A DNA stretch of 64,000 nucleotides. Source: Minutocellus sp. GHC0000111 (lineage: Eukaryota). The notes below the pieces were generated by a model that was not told the DNA's origin, did no database searches, and was given only the letters and a program-made list of their open reading frames with translations. Below, in pieces: positions 1 through 11,768 of this stretch. Within the stretch, counting starts at the first letter, position 1, and every line of letters begins with the position of its first letter. The translations under genes and the position numbers were made by a program. The DNA is taken from the NCBI GenBank assembly GCA_977018835.1, contig OZ361258.1:62001-126000 (forward strand), read 5' to 3'.

Positions 1-149
1 TCAAGGTACCACCCAAGCTGGCGATTGGATTGCTGGATCCTCCTGCCAAGGCACCGCTGGAATGGATGGTTGAATTGATATCTATTGATGGTATCATCCG
101 CCAAAACAATAACAACGAGTTGACCCGAGAGGATCGAAATATGGAATGA
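1..149 (+). CDS. 3' end of a gene, possibly FKBP-type PPIase-like
   Basis: Frame 3 reads KVPPKLAIGLLDPPAKAPLEWMVELISIDG...ME* (TGA 147-149), resembling the FKBP C-terminal 'vPp.la...L.f.VEL..i' pattern. Truncated by the window edge. Confidence 0.4.
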   Translation, partial: KVPPKLAIGLLDPPAKAPLEWMVELISIDGIIRQNNNNELTREDRNME

Positions 150-328
150 TTTCGTTCGGCCTGCATGGAGACAAAATGTTGATTAATCAGATTGAGTTCA
201 ATTACGCAGTTAAACTCTAGCTACTAGGCTTAGCAAATTCTTAATGAGCAAAATTCAAATGTATGGCACAACACCATAAACTTCGATCTTGCTAATTTGT
301 AAGGACGGATTCCTTCCAAAAATAGCTT

Positions 329-907
329 TTAATCACTCTTGAGCGTAGACATGTCCTTGGGAAGGCGGTCAGGCGTGCCAAAGGGAACCTTGGTCCATTT
401 GTTGCCATCTGGGAATACAATGCCATCCTCCTGCCAGACACCCTTGACTCCAGCGGGGCCGCCCTTGGAAGAAAAGTCCAAAGCTACAGTATCCTTATCC
501 AGGAGCTTACCCTCGATCGCCCAAAGGTCATCCCGCGTGGGGCGGGAGGTGCACATCTTGTCACCCTCCTTGCCATCATAACCCTTGACCTCAACGACGG
601 GAATTCGCGAGCGAGTACCATCGGCGCGAAGCTTAGGACCGATCACCTTTACGCTTCGGAGACATCCGGGATGGTTGGGATCATCGTAGAAGCCTGTGAA
701 CTGGCTGGCCTGACAAGTGAGAGCCTTGGCAGCGCTGGCTTCCTCGGGGTTGAGAATGCTGGCGGCACCGACAACGCCGAAGACTCCTGCAATCTTACCG
801 AAGGCCTCGCGGCGGCTGGTACTGCTGCTGGGTCCCTGGGTAGGGACAAGATCAGAGGCACCAGTGATAGCGCCGGCGATGGCGAGGGTTGCTGCGATAC
901 GGACCAT
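329..907 (-). CDS. Putative thylakoid-lumen protein of unknown function
   Basis: 192-aa ORF: hydrophobic signal peptide, then SRREAF twin-arginine motif, hydrophobic stretch and ASA cleavage site; mature part YDDPNHPGCLR...DFSSKGGP...FPDGNKWTK. Confidence 0.75.
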   Translation of the reverse strand: MVRIAATLAIAGAITGASDLVPTQGPSSSTSRREAFGKIAGVFGVVGAASILNPEEASAAKALTCQASQFTGFYDDPNHPGCLRSVKVIGPKLRADGTRSRIPVVEVKGYDGKEGDKMCTSRPTRDDLWAIEGKLLDKDTVALDFSSKGGPAGVKGVWQEDGIVFPDGNKWTKVPFGTPDRLPKDMSTLKSD

Positions 908-1185
908 GATGGGTGACGTTCGTTTTATGATGATGATGGCGCATCGGCAAGCCAGTGAGCACAGTGACTCAGTGGCCCCTTCCCACAGTCGAATGAGTCA
1001 TTCAAGCACAGGAAGAACTGACACACCTCCCTGCTAAAAGCAAAACTCAAATCTTCCGCCGATCGAAGCGATCCGACAAGAAGCCTCGCCCCTTGAAAGT
1101 GCAGAGGAGAGGGGAATTGAATCGAATTGAATGAAGCTTGACGAAAAGCTCATACAAAAGACTCAAAGCCAAAGGTAGAAAAATT

Positions 1186-2820
1186 ATGTCCGATACAGAG
1201 TATTCATCCGTCCCATCGTCATCGTCTTCGGAACACAGCGATGATTCCGCCAAGCATGGAATTGCCAAACGAAAGACCAAAGGGTTCACACAGCCCGTCG
1301 CAGTTGCCTTCACTATCAACTATTTAATCGGCACTGTCTTCCTAATGTTGCCTTGGGCCTTTGGTCAAGGTGGAATCCTTCTATCAACAATCACCTTTCT
1401 CTTTGTGCTGGTCGTTTGCAATATCTCGAAGGATTATGTGCTTTCGACAATGGCCAGAGCTGAGGCAATGAAGCGAGCGACCGATACAAGTATCGATGAG
1501 GAAGGTACAAACTTGCAGATCAAATCTGATTATGGTTCCGTCGATAGTGACGACGCAAACAGTATCGAGGACGGAGTCCTCACAGCCAACATCAAGCCAA
1601 CGATGGATCCTCTCGACATATCTCGCAAACCCGTCGACACACGCTATGTGGTCAAGGATCGCAAATTTGAATACGTTGAGCTTTGTCGGATTTTTCTCGG
1701 CGTGCGAGGAGAGCAGGGATACATCATTTGCATCGCCCTTTCCATAGTTGCTCAGCTATGGGGTTATACCACCGTCTTTGCTTCTGCCATGGCTGAAATG
1801 GTGCCAATTTTACGAGATGCGGATCGTGACTACTCGATCTATACCATCCTCTTTGGTTCCATCGTGGTACCGCTCACTTGTCTAGATTTGAAGGAGAAAA
1901 AGACATTTCAGCTTGTGCTTTCGGGTGGCCGGCTAGTAGTTATTGCAGTGATGATATTGACATGTATAATTGCTTCACTTTCAGGAGATGACTCTGCGCC
2001 TCACTTTTTAGGTACTGATAGTCCAGCTGGTGCCGGAGGAAATCTCATCAATTTCGGCGGCTTCTATAGCATGTTCAGCGTTTTAATATTTGCATTTATG
2101 TTCCATAATGCGTTGCCAGTCCTGTCGGAGCCTGTTGCCGACAAGAAGAAGCTTTCGGCAATCTATCTTTATGCATTTCTGGTGTGTGCTGTTGCCTTCT
2201 GGTCGCTCGGATTTACAGTATCTTGGTTCTTTGGTGAAAACGTTGAGCAATCGTGCAACCTCCTTTGGATCAACTACACGGGAGGGCACCTAAATCTCTG
2301 GTCCAAGGCTATCTCGTACTTTGTTGTTCTATTTCCGGCCGTGAACATTCTATCAGCCTATCCGTTGAATGCCATTGTATTGGGAAACAACCTCCTTCAA
2401 AAGCTACACAACCAACGCGAAATCGAGGTAGGTGTGATCTGCAATGGATGCAACAAAATGACTTCGTTCTCATTATTGGTACATTCTTCACGCTAATTGA
2501 TTTTATTTCCCCTTCTTCTCTAGGCGCACAAGCACCTGCAAACGATATATCGTGTCATCGCGAGCTCCCCGCCCATAATTGGGGCATTATTTGTGAGAGA
2601 GCTTGGCGTGATAACTTCGTACGCGGGAGTGTTGGCTATTATTACGGTACTTTGTTTCCCAGCTATGATGTTCATCAGTTCGAAACAAATGGCAAGGTCG
2701 AAAGTTTATAATAATTCGACGATGTATGAAGGCTTTGGTTCGTCAGAGAATTCTGCTATGCTTGCGCTTGTTCTTAGCAGCACTGCTAGCATTTTATCGA
2801 AGCTGGTGGTTGGGTATTAG
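1186..2820 (+). CDS. Amino-acid transporter-like multi-pass membrane protein (Aa_trans/TMEM104-like), intron 2428-2523
   Basis: FTINYLIGT.FL.LPWAF motif and about 10 hydrophobic segments; a GT..AG intron joins ORF 1138-2496 in frame to ORF 2593-2820. Confidence 0.8.
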
Positions 2821-3244
2821 GCATTTCCCAAGTTGAGTGCAAGGCAAGAAATGTCCATGTTTTAGCACACCTTTACCGACAATACATGTAGCTTGTGAAC
2901 AGTACAGTTGACTGTAGAGCTACATGTACCGGTACATGTGCCGGTACATGATTAGGGTAGTTAGTTTTGGTTGTTGTTTGTTGGTTTACATGTACACTTC
3001 GAAGCCTGGTGAGAGAGTCGAGGAGTGAGTCGTCGAGTCGTCGAAAACTATTTTAGGCACTAAATCGAAAACATTTAGTGCCTACAGGCTGGGCCTGCCC
3101 GCGCGAAGTTCAACCATGTTCTATCCTATCCCCCTTCCCTGCTTGCGCCGGCCTGCCCGCCTGTTTGCCTCAAGGAACGGCCCGTGCGGATGCATTTGTA
3201 ATCTCTATAGCTAGATTACCGATTCAGAACCTCGCATTCGAATA

Positions 3245-4048
3245 ATTAAGTGCTCAACTTTCACAGCCCTCGCCGCCTTCGTTGGTTCGGCATCGGCATT
3301 TTCACAAAACAATGAACAGATGAGCCGCCGCAACGCATTGCTTTCGGGTGCCGCCGCTGCTTCTGCTGCATTGATCGGCCCAAATGCAGCATCTGCCGCT
3401 GGTGAAACTCGTCAGGGTATCGAATTGACTCCCTTCAACTCGCTGGCCTTTCAGTTCCGCAATAGTCAGAATGACGGATTGGATGCCTCCACAATCAATG
3501 AGCCCTCGATTCCGTATGCCGATTTCCTCAGTAAGCTTTCGACAGGAGAGGTGGAATTTGTCGAATTCCTAGCACCCGATGGCGATGTGGCATATGCAAC
3601 ACTCAAACCTACAGAGGGCGGTGCCAAGACCAGGTAAGAATACTGAAAAATGCGATGAACGAAAACTTTGCCAATAATTGAGCTTGGGGTTTTCAATTAT
3701 CCATAAAATTCATGTAGGATAATTTAGATTCAACAAATGGGTCCAGCCTAATCTTTTGGTGGAACTCACACACACTGTTCTTTCCACAGGATAAGAATTG
3801 GCGAAGGATTCCCAACCGAAGATCACGAGGGATGGAGCAGGTGAGTGCATGTAGGAGACAATATTTGTAGCTGTGGGTCTCCATGTGATTTGAGAAAACC
3901 TCGTTTTTTTATCATTGCTTCATTCTGATGCTTCGCAATTCTCTTCTCTTTGTGTATCAGTCCTGCCTTTGCCATCAAAAGTGTAAAGAAGATGAACGTG
4001 CCATACAAATTTATTGTACCTGGGCTGGATGTTTACAAAACCATGTGA
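3245..4048 (+). CDS. Small lumen-targeted protein resembling the FtsH N-terminal lumenal domain; introns 3634-3789 and 3841-3960; ATT at the expected start
   Basis: In frame from ATT 3245: KCSTFTALAAFVGSASAF (ASAF motif), MSRRNALL (Tat motif), then IPYADFLSKLSTGEVEFVEF; spliced exons give RIRIGEGFPTEDHEGWSSPAFAIKSVKKMNVPYKFIVPGLDVYKTM*. Confidence 0.65.
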
Positions 4049-4487
4049 GGATTGAGGAGAAAGGAATCGCCTGGTACGGGCGTGTGTATTGAAGGGGGGA
4101 AAATCCATGGTGTAGGGATCCCTATCGTGGACTATGCTGCAGCGGAGATTGTGAAAGTAATGCACACAAAAGCAGTAGATATGTCTGAGTTAGCGGTGTT
4201 GCTTGCAGAACTTGCTCGTGATACATGGTGTACTGCCCGTTGGAACAAGAGCTCAGTATATATTACACTTCGAGCAATCCTTTGGGGCTATCGAATGGCC
4301 AAGAACACGTTATTACATATGCCGAATAAGTTTAGTATTGTTCATTGTAACAAATCGCAACGCATCTATAGTATTAGATAAGCATATCGAGACAACGGTC
4401 AGTATTGCCTCTCGGCTGCTCCGACAATATTTTCAGTCGGCAAATCGACTTGTCAAACCTCTCTATGAAAACCAAGATCCCAAAAAT

Positions 4488-5530
4488 CTAATAATCCATG
4501 AAGAGCCCGATGACTGGGTTGCCCTCGATCTGCTCGTGCATCATAAGGCCAAGGATGCCCATCATGGCAGCACGGCCGTTGTTGAGCTCAATGGCACGCT
4601 TGCGAAGCTTGGTCTCCTCGGAGAAGGTGTCCCAGCCGAAGTCGAGAGCGCCGTTGCGGAAATCTCCGGGGAACTCAGCCTCTCCGGTGACTGAAGGAAT
4701 TGGAATGATAGATGAAAAGATTGTGGGTGAGTTATTTGTGAGTATGTAGGGACATATGACATGGCATTGGCCGGCTTCCAAATTTTGTGTTGCAATGCAT
4801 GAAAAATCTCAGATTCGCAATCGAAGTTGGTAAAACAAAACCAAAAACTCACCATCCTTCATGACGAAAAGCTCAAGAAGGCCAACGAAAAGGACGATCT
4901 GTCCGAGGCCGGCCTGGGGGATGGCGTCAGGGCCGGAGATGGCGGCAAGACCATCGGGGAAGGAGTCGAAGGAGTTACAGGCGAGGTCGATGTTGCCGGG
5001 AAGGTGGATGCCGGCACGGGTGACGATCTGGCCGAGGAAGGCAAGCTGGGCGATACGGCCGTGCTTGAGCTCGACGTAACGAAGGCGCTGGAAGCGGGCC
5101 TCGTCGGCATCGTTGAGGAGGCCGAGGGGATCGTAGAAGCCGAGGGGCTCCTGGGCACCGAGCTGTTGTTGTGATGAAGTTGAAGTTGGCAACAAAGTAG
5201 GCAGAAAAAGAGTTGAGTGAAATTGCATTCAACAAACTGCTCTCCTCCCATCTCCAATACAATGTGCAACGGCATGCAATTCACTAGCACGAGATACACC
5301 TCCAGCCAAATCTCCTTTGGCTTTCCCATCCTATTACCGATCGAAAGAAGTCGATGCAATTTTCTTCCTCGTTCCATCTTCGAATCTCTCAGCAAAAAAA
5401 GTTGCACAGGAGGCAAACTTACCTCGTTCTCGAAGGCCGAGGCGAGGGCAGTGGAGGAAGCACCCTGCTGAGCGGGGGCGAAGGCGGCGGCGCCAGCAAC
5501 AAGGGCGGAGAGGGCAGCAAGACGGAACAT
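4488..5530 (-). CDS. LHCF: Fucoxanthin-chlorophyll a/c binding protein, Lhcf type; introns 5163-5422 and 4691-4852
   Basis: AAAFAP presequence; FENE|LGAQEPLGFYDPLGLL, VELKHGRIAQLA and IELNNGRAAMMG motifs; canonical GT-AG splice sites. Confidence 0.95.
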
Positions 5531-5848
5531 GTTGACTATTATTGAAGACGAAAAGTAAAAGAGCGGAACTTGCTACGCCATGGGCTTGGATTCCTACGTA
5601 AGATGGATCGCCAGTTCAACTTGAGCCATGCGACATGTGACTTGGAGTATGCAAGCATACGACTTATGTAACGTTTGGACTTATTCGACTGAGAGGGAAG
5701 GTCTCAAGTTTGACTGACTCCCTTTGCACATGCACTCCTACATGTAACCATGGAATCTCGCCAATTATTAGATCTATTTCGATTGCGCGCTTCTTTAGAT
5801 TCTACGTAGCTAGCTACATAGTAAGCGGGACATCACCTTAGAACCTCT

Positions 5849-7960
5849 CTAACCAGCAACCTCATCACTTTCAACGAATGTGTTGTCTCCCTTGGCTTCA
5901 ACGTGCAAGAAAGCACAAGCCCGATCGCGCTTGCATCGATTTGGGTCTAAATGATACGCCAAACAGTGTTGCGAGTGTTCCCTGCCCTTCCATTCCCGAA
6001 GCTGTTCATCCTTTGGGAGAGTCTTGAGATATGTCACTGTTTCAACCGTGGGCATTTCCGCTCCCTGTCGCAAATAAAATTCCCTATCCTGAAGACCCTC
6101 TCTCTTGGCCTTCCGAATCATTCTAGCCTCATATGCCTTGCGTTTGCCCTCCTCCCGACGTTTCTTTTCCAACGCTTCTTTCTCTCGCTTAGCCTTGTCA
6201 CGGTCATAAGTAAAGCTTTCGGGATTTGCACTGTACCGCTCGAGCTTCTCAAGCACCGCCTCGATTTCATCGATTGATTTGCTCGCGACACATTCCTCCA
6301 TCAATTGGAATCGATTCAACAAGTCTCTGCACATGCGTCTAGTGTGAAAGATGACGGATCGAATCTTTACAGGGTATCGCCGTGCCAGTGACAAGTATTC
6401 GCGCGCCAGCTTGACCCGATCGTCCGAGTCTTCATAAAGTTGTTTCAACGAGTACGATACTGTTTTGCTGTTGGGTGAAGAAGTTTCGCCACTATCATCA
6501 TTGGCAGCAACTGCGTCATCTTCTTCTTTGGCATTCGATTCAGATTCAGCCAATTTCTTTGCCTCGGTCTTCTCAATAATTTTCAATTCCTTCTCCACTG
6601 TACTCTTGGTGGCAAGTTTCTCCTTTTGCGAAGAGTTGATCGAGTCGGCACCTTCCGCAGATATTTTCTTCTCAATCTTTTCAATTTCTCGTAGCTTCTT
6701 CTGCAACTTGCGCTTCTTTTTGGCATCGACGCTAGGTGTGGGGGCAGCTGATGTCGAGGAATTAATTCTAGAGACGGACACTTCGGGCAGAGGGGAAGGT
6801 TGAATGATATCGAGCGATATGTCATCAGTCTCATCCCTTCCACCAAATCGCTCCAAATACAATGCCGGATCGTCCAATATACCCTCGGCACTCATGATTC
6901 CATCTGCCTTGGTTTCCTTCATATTGGCCACGACATCAGGATACGAAATCACATTGCCATTCGACAGGATGGGAAAGTCGTGTCCCATGGCCTCCTTCAC
7001 GGCGGCAATCTGATCCAGCATGGCCGGACCATCCCGTGCACCGGGACCCTTGCGTTCGAAGCTAGCCCTGTACCGACCGTGGATGGCAATCAGACTGGCA
7101 CCGGCATCACGGAGCTGACGACAAAGTTCGATGGTATCCTGCAGGGTATCCAGAAGTCTGATCTTGACAAATACGGGAATGCTCACGGCCTTACTGCCGG
7201 CCCGGACAATGTCCAGCACGAGCTGCCGATCCTTGGGGTCGAGCAGATACGACCCAAAGTGCCCGATGTAGGCCGTCCGCTGGGGGCAGCCCAAATTCAG
7301 GTCGATGGCATCGCACACGTTCTCCACCAGGTTGGCGGCGGAGGCAAATTCCTCGGGTTGGTTGGCGGCAAAGTGACATACCAGGGGTCGGTCCTCTGCG
7401 ATGGTTTGGAATTCGGTCCGACGGTACGTTTCCGACCGGCTGAATTCTGCGGCCGACATCATGGGCGTGTAGGCCAGGGTGGCACCGTACTTGCGACAGA
7501 GGAGTCGGAAGGCCAGTTCCGATGCCCCGACCATGGGTGCCAGCGTATGTTGGATGTCGAATGAAAAGTGGGGATTGTCTGAGGAGGAGGAGGATGGCGT
7601 CGAGGATGTGTTGCTCACGGGAAGTTTGCTGCTGCTGCTCCGTTTCTCCTTCTTTGCCGATTTCTTCTTCTTGTCCTTGTCCTTAGAAGACTTGCCCTTG
7701 TCATTGGACGTGTGCCCCTCCTTGCGCCGCTTCTTCTTGGCCCGCCGCCGCTCATCGTCATCATTATCGCCGACAGCTGTGTCAACATCCAGCACATGAG
7801 TATCATCGCCATCGTCATGTTGCTTCTTGCGCTTCTTGTCCTTCTTGTCCTTCTTCCTCTTTTTGACATCGAGCTTGTCCCTCTTCTCCTTGGTGGCGCC
7901 TTTGCTGCCGCCGCCGCTCTCGTCGCTCACGATGGCGGCCGCCGCTGACGGGTCCATCAT
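5849..7960 (-). CDS. tRNA-dihydrouridine synthase (Dus1-like) with Lys-rich N-terminus and C-terminal CCCH zinc finger
   Basis: LAPMVGASELAFRLLCR, IDLNLGCPQ, IHGR, NGNV and DGIMSAEG Dus motifs; C-terminal CLAYHLDPNRCKRDRACAFLH. Confidence 0.9.
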   Translation of the reverse strand: MMDPSAAAAIVSDESGGGSKGATKEKRDKLDVKKRKKDKKDKKRKKQHDDGDDTHVLDVDTAVGDNDDDERRRAKKKRRKEGHTSNDKGKSSKDKDKKKKSAKKEKRSSSSKLPVSNTSSTPSSSSSDNPHFSFDIQHTLAPMVGASELAFRLLCRKYGATLAYTPMMSAAEFSRSETYRRTEFQTIAEDRPLVCHFAANQPEEFASAANLVENVCDAIDLNLGCPQRTAYIGHFGSYLLDPKDRQLVLDIVRAGSKAVSIPVFVKIRLLDTLQDTIELCRQLRDAGASLIAIHGRYRASFERKGPGARDGPAMLDQIAAVKEAMGHDFPILSNGNVISYPDVVANMKETKADGIMSAEGILDDPALYLERFGGRDETDDISLDIIQPSPLPEVSVSRINSSTSAAPTPSVDAKKKRKLQKKLREIEKIEKKISAEGADSINSSQKEKLATKSTVEKELKIIEKTEAKKLAESESNAKEEDDAVAANDDSGETSSPNSKTVSYSLKQLYEDSDDRVKLAREYLSLARRYPVKIRSVIFHTRRMCRDLLNRFQLMEECVASKSIDEIEAVLEKLERYSANPESFTYDRDKAKREKEALEKKRREEGKRKAYEARMIRKAKREGLQDREFYLRQGAEMPTVETVTYLKTLPKDEQLREWKGREHSQHCLAYHLDPNRCKRDRACAFLHVEAKGDNTFVESDEVAG

Positions 7961-8235
7961 GGTCTTCTCCCTGCTTGGGTTGGATGGATGTCAGCCATTT
8001 TTCATTTGTGAAAGGTCCGTCCGTCTACCATGTATGCGCGCCGGCAGCGTCGGTAAAATGGGTCATCCTCGTTGCTTGTTTTTGGGGAAATTTCTTTTTG
8101 AACGAACCAAATGCCGAGCGACCGTTCTCGATTGCGATGACGAGCCAATTTTTTGCACGAACGAACAACCCGGCAGGCAACCAGGGGATAAAGCCGGGCG
8201 GGACATTCAATACACGTACAGCCAAGCAAACAACC

Positions 8236-11200
8236 ATGAGGAGCGGCGGCAACAAGCGTCGGAGGCTCCTCGACGACAGCGAGGCGTCCTCGTCGGAAGT
8301 TTCCAGTCTGACCAGCGCGGCGGCAGCGGCGGCGGCGGCAGCACCTCCGCCGGCCGGCGAAGGCGAAGTCGTGCCGATGATGGCAATGGCAGTGGCGGGC
8401 CCGCCACCGACCGCGGTCACACCTCCGCCGCCGGCCTCGCGGCAGCAGCAACAGCAGCAGAGGCAGGCACCGCTGAGCGATCCACCGTCGATCAAGCGGT
8501 CGCCTTTCCCTCCTTCCTCGGCGTCGTCGTCTTCTTCTGAGCAGGCGGCAGCTCCTGCCCATCGGCCATTCGCCTCGGCGGCGACGATGGGGACGACGCT
8601 CTTTCACGTATTGTGCTGCCTGTTTGCTCTCCTGGCGACTTCTCCCTCGAGCGGTGGAAGCGGCAGTGTCATATTTGCCTCCGCCCAGGAACTATCGCAA
8701 TCAGCAGAGCCAGAGCTGAGCACTTCTAGTAGTATGACATACGAGCAGTACAGGGTGGACATCCCGGCCTTTCGCTTCATCCTCCGTCCAGTGCCCGAAA
8801 GCTTTGCCGAGGACGATGCCCGCCAGGTATTGGAGGTGGCGCAGGACGTGGCCAAGTCGTACATTGTTCGGGCGCTGGAGCGCACGTCCCATCACACCAA
8901 CAATGGGCACGGCATGGCCGACGTGACCGTGGAGAGCGTCGAGCTCGACTACGAGGGGTGGTTCTCGTACAGCCGTCGTCACCGGAATCTACGGGATGGT
9001 GCGATCATTAGAAGTGCAAGCCATACTAGAAGTAATCGAATTGACCAGCAGCGCCACCTGCAGGGCAAGGCCGACTACGCCGTCATCGAATCGACCCTCC
9101 CCGTCGGCGGTGCCGTGACCTTTGCCTCGCCCCATCCCGAGGCCGTGCCCACCCAGCACGACGTCTACCTGCTTCTGACCTACGCCTTTTTCCCCGAGGG
9201 CATGGGCGGGGACAACAACGACGGCGGCAGCGGCGGCGGCGGCGGGAGTGGCCTAACCAGTGCTCTCGTCGGACGGTTGGGGTACAGCCCGTCGTTGACC
9301 GGTACGTTCTTTGCCGTGGTCGACAAGGAGAAAGACAAGGATATTGTCCCTCCCGGCGTGGAGGAGGAGGCCAAGCAGGAGCAGCAGCAGGAACAGCTAG
9401 AACAGGAACAAGCCAAGGTTACCGACTCACCAACCTCGGCGCCTACAACCGCTACCAAGGTTGATGACGAGGAAGACGAGCAAGTAGAAGCCGAATCCGA
9501 ACCCGAGATCATCGTCATCTCCCCCCTGCCGCCCAATTCGACCAGCGTCGCTCCCGTCCAGCCTCCTCCCAACGTCGATAACGATGTCGTCAAACCTCAA
9601 GACGGCGAGCAGCAGGATAACCTGCTCACTACTCAGTCCGTCGAGGAAGGGAATACCGGCGCGGCGGTGTTTCTGTCAATTCCAATTCCAACAGCACCAA
9701 CACCGCAGCCCTCGCCACGGGGATCGTCCTGGGCTGCCTCGCCGTCGTCGTCATGGGAGCGTACTACGTCCGGTCTCGTCGTCGGCACCAACTGAAGATG
9801 CGCGAAGTGCTGAAGAGCGCTGGTGGGATACATGGTGATATCAGCAATGATCTTGACCAAGGCGATGACGAGGAATACGACGAGGAACAAGGTGGCCAAC
9901 AACCATCGGTTGATGGCCCAATCATGGTAACCCCCCAAAAGTCCAAGTCCAAGGTCAAGCCCAAGTCGAAATCCAATGACAATGGCGTTGTCGACGACGA
10001 TGACGAAGATGCGAGTCATCATACGGCGCCCATGACCCCCGAGGCCAGCCCATCCGAATCCAAATCGTCATCTCCCGTTTCAACCCCAACTGCAGCCGCT
10101 GCTGCGACGACCAAGGCAGCAAGCGATGGTGCAGACGCCAACGAGATTGTCGAGGATTTGACCCGTGACGAGTCCGAGCTCGAGAATATGCGGCGGCAAA
10201 AGGAGCTGGACCAGAGCTGGCTGAGCGATGGACTCCAGCGGCCATCGGCGACGGGTGTCCCGGAAGCACCCAATGCTGGCGAACTGGCAGCGGCGATCGG
10301 TGTCACAGCCGCCGCAGCCGCTCTGGGCGTCAAGGCCAAGGACGCAAGCCATGACAACGACGATGGTGGTGACGACTCCTCGGCCGCGGACTCTCACGCC
10401 GACTCGTCCACCGCCGAAGTGGCGACGGTGTCCTCTCTGGCGGTCGTCAGCCTTACCCCGTCCGATGCCTCGGCCCTTCACGGCGATCGGAACAGCAGCT
10501 TCACCATCATGAAGGATCAGCTGGTTGCGTCCGGCGGTGGCGATCCCTTTGGCGAGGCCGGTCACGAGTCTCAGAAGGGTGGGGCTGTATCGCACCAGGT
10601 ACCGGTACCATCCATCAACTTCTCCAGCTTCAAGCGCAAGGAGAAGAATATCCATCTCCGTCCCAATTGTTTGACCGTGGAGGGCGTGGTCGGTAGCGAC
10701 GCAGCCGCGATTGCCCCCGAACCTGAGGATGACAACAATGCTGGCGATGAAGATACCCGGGAAGAGGAGGCATCGCCTTTGCGGGATGATAACCCACAAT
10801 GAGGATGAAGATGAAGAGGACAAGGAGCAAGATGTTCCAACGGGCACACCAGTAGACGAGAATGAATCTGCCGATGGCGATCAAGATGTGCCGTCTAGTA
10901 ACGATGACAGCATGTTCATTGTCTCCTCTCCGTCTTCAGATGAGGCGGATGATGGAAAGATCTCGCCCAGTCTTCTTGACGCTACACCTTTGAATCCAGG
11001 ACTCAAGCTTGTCGAGCCCAAAATTGTGTCTTCCGCGAAGTCATCCCAAGAAAGCACATCGAAACTGAGCGGGATTCCCCCACCGATATCCGAGGACAAG
11101 GTCACATCGGACCCTGATCCGTCAGCACCCAATTCTGTACTTCCATCATTGCCAGTTCCTGTTCCGCTCAAGGATGTCGGCCGAGAAACCTCGCTTGATC

Positions 11201-11532
11201 GCCCTGTCGATTTCGATACCCCCTCCTGGACTCCACAGGACGATGACCATTTGTCATCGTCTTCGTCAGTCAGCAGCGACAATGATCCTTTCATCACATC
11301 AGATAACATGAAGGTGAACGATGAAGAGTTCCTAATGGACTCGTCGCCAAAGAAGGGAACGACGTACCAAATGATGCCTATCTCCGACAGTTCCTTTGAC
11401 TACGAAGGATTGGGCACGTCAAGTGCTATTGGCTCGGCATTTGGCAAAGGTTTAAGCCATGCGACCAAGAAGAAAGAGACCGGAGGAGAAGACGACAATA
11501 GTAGCACCTGGGGTGGTGATTCATTGTTGTAG
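8236..11532 (+). CDS. Large single-pass membrane protein, interrupted by two apparent frameshifts (~9661, ~10795); start may be 8587
   Basis: Three overlapping ORFs (7975-9795, 9753-10802, 10711-11532) in successive frames. Signal-like MGTTLFHVLCCLFALL at 8587; the shifted frame gives TM segment ALATGIVLGCLAVVVMGAYYV then RSRRR and an acidic low-complexity tail. Confidence 0.6.
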
Positions 11533-11768
11533 GCGAAATTTCTCGTTTGGCTCGATTTGGAGTGTTTTTGTTTATTTTTTTGTAAGGTATTCTAGTCTAC
11601 CGGCCTTAATTCATCAGTAGAAATACCTCGAGTTACTTTACTACTGGTCTCGGAGTCTACTCGTAGTAGAGAGCGAGAGGTGTGCACATTACTATGGTTT
11701 GTTGTTCTTGGCTTCTTACTCGACTTGCAACAAAATAACATCACGCATCGAGCCCACGAGCTCATGGC

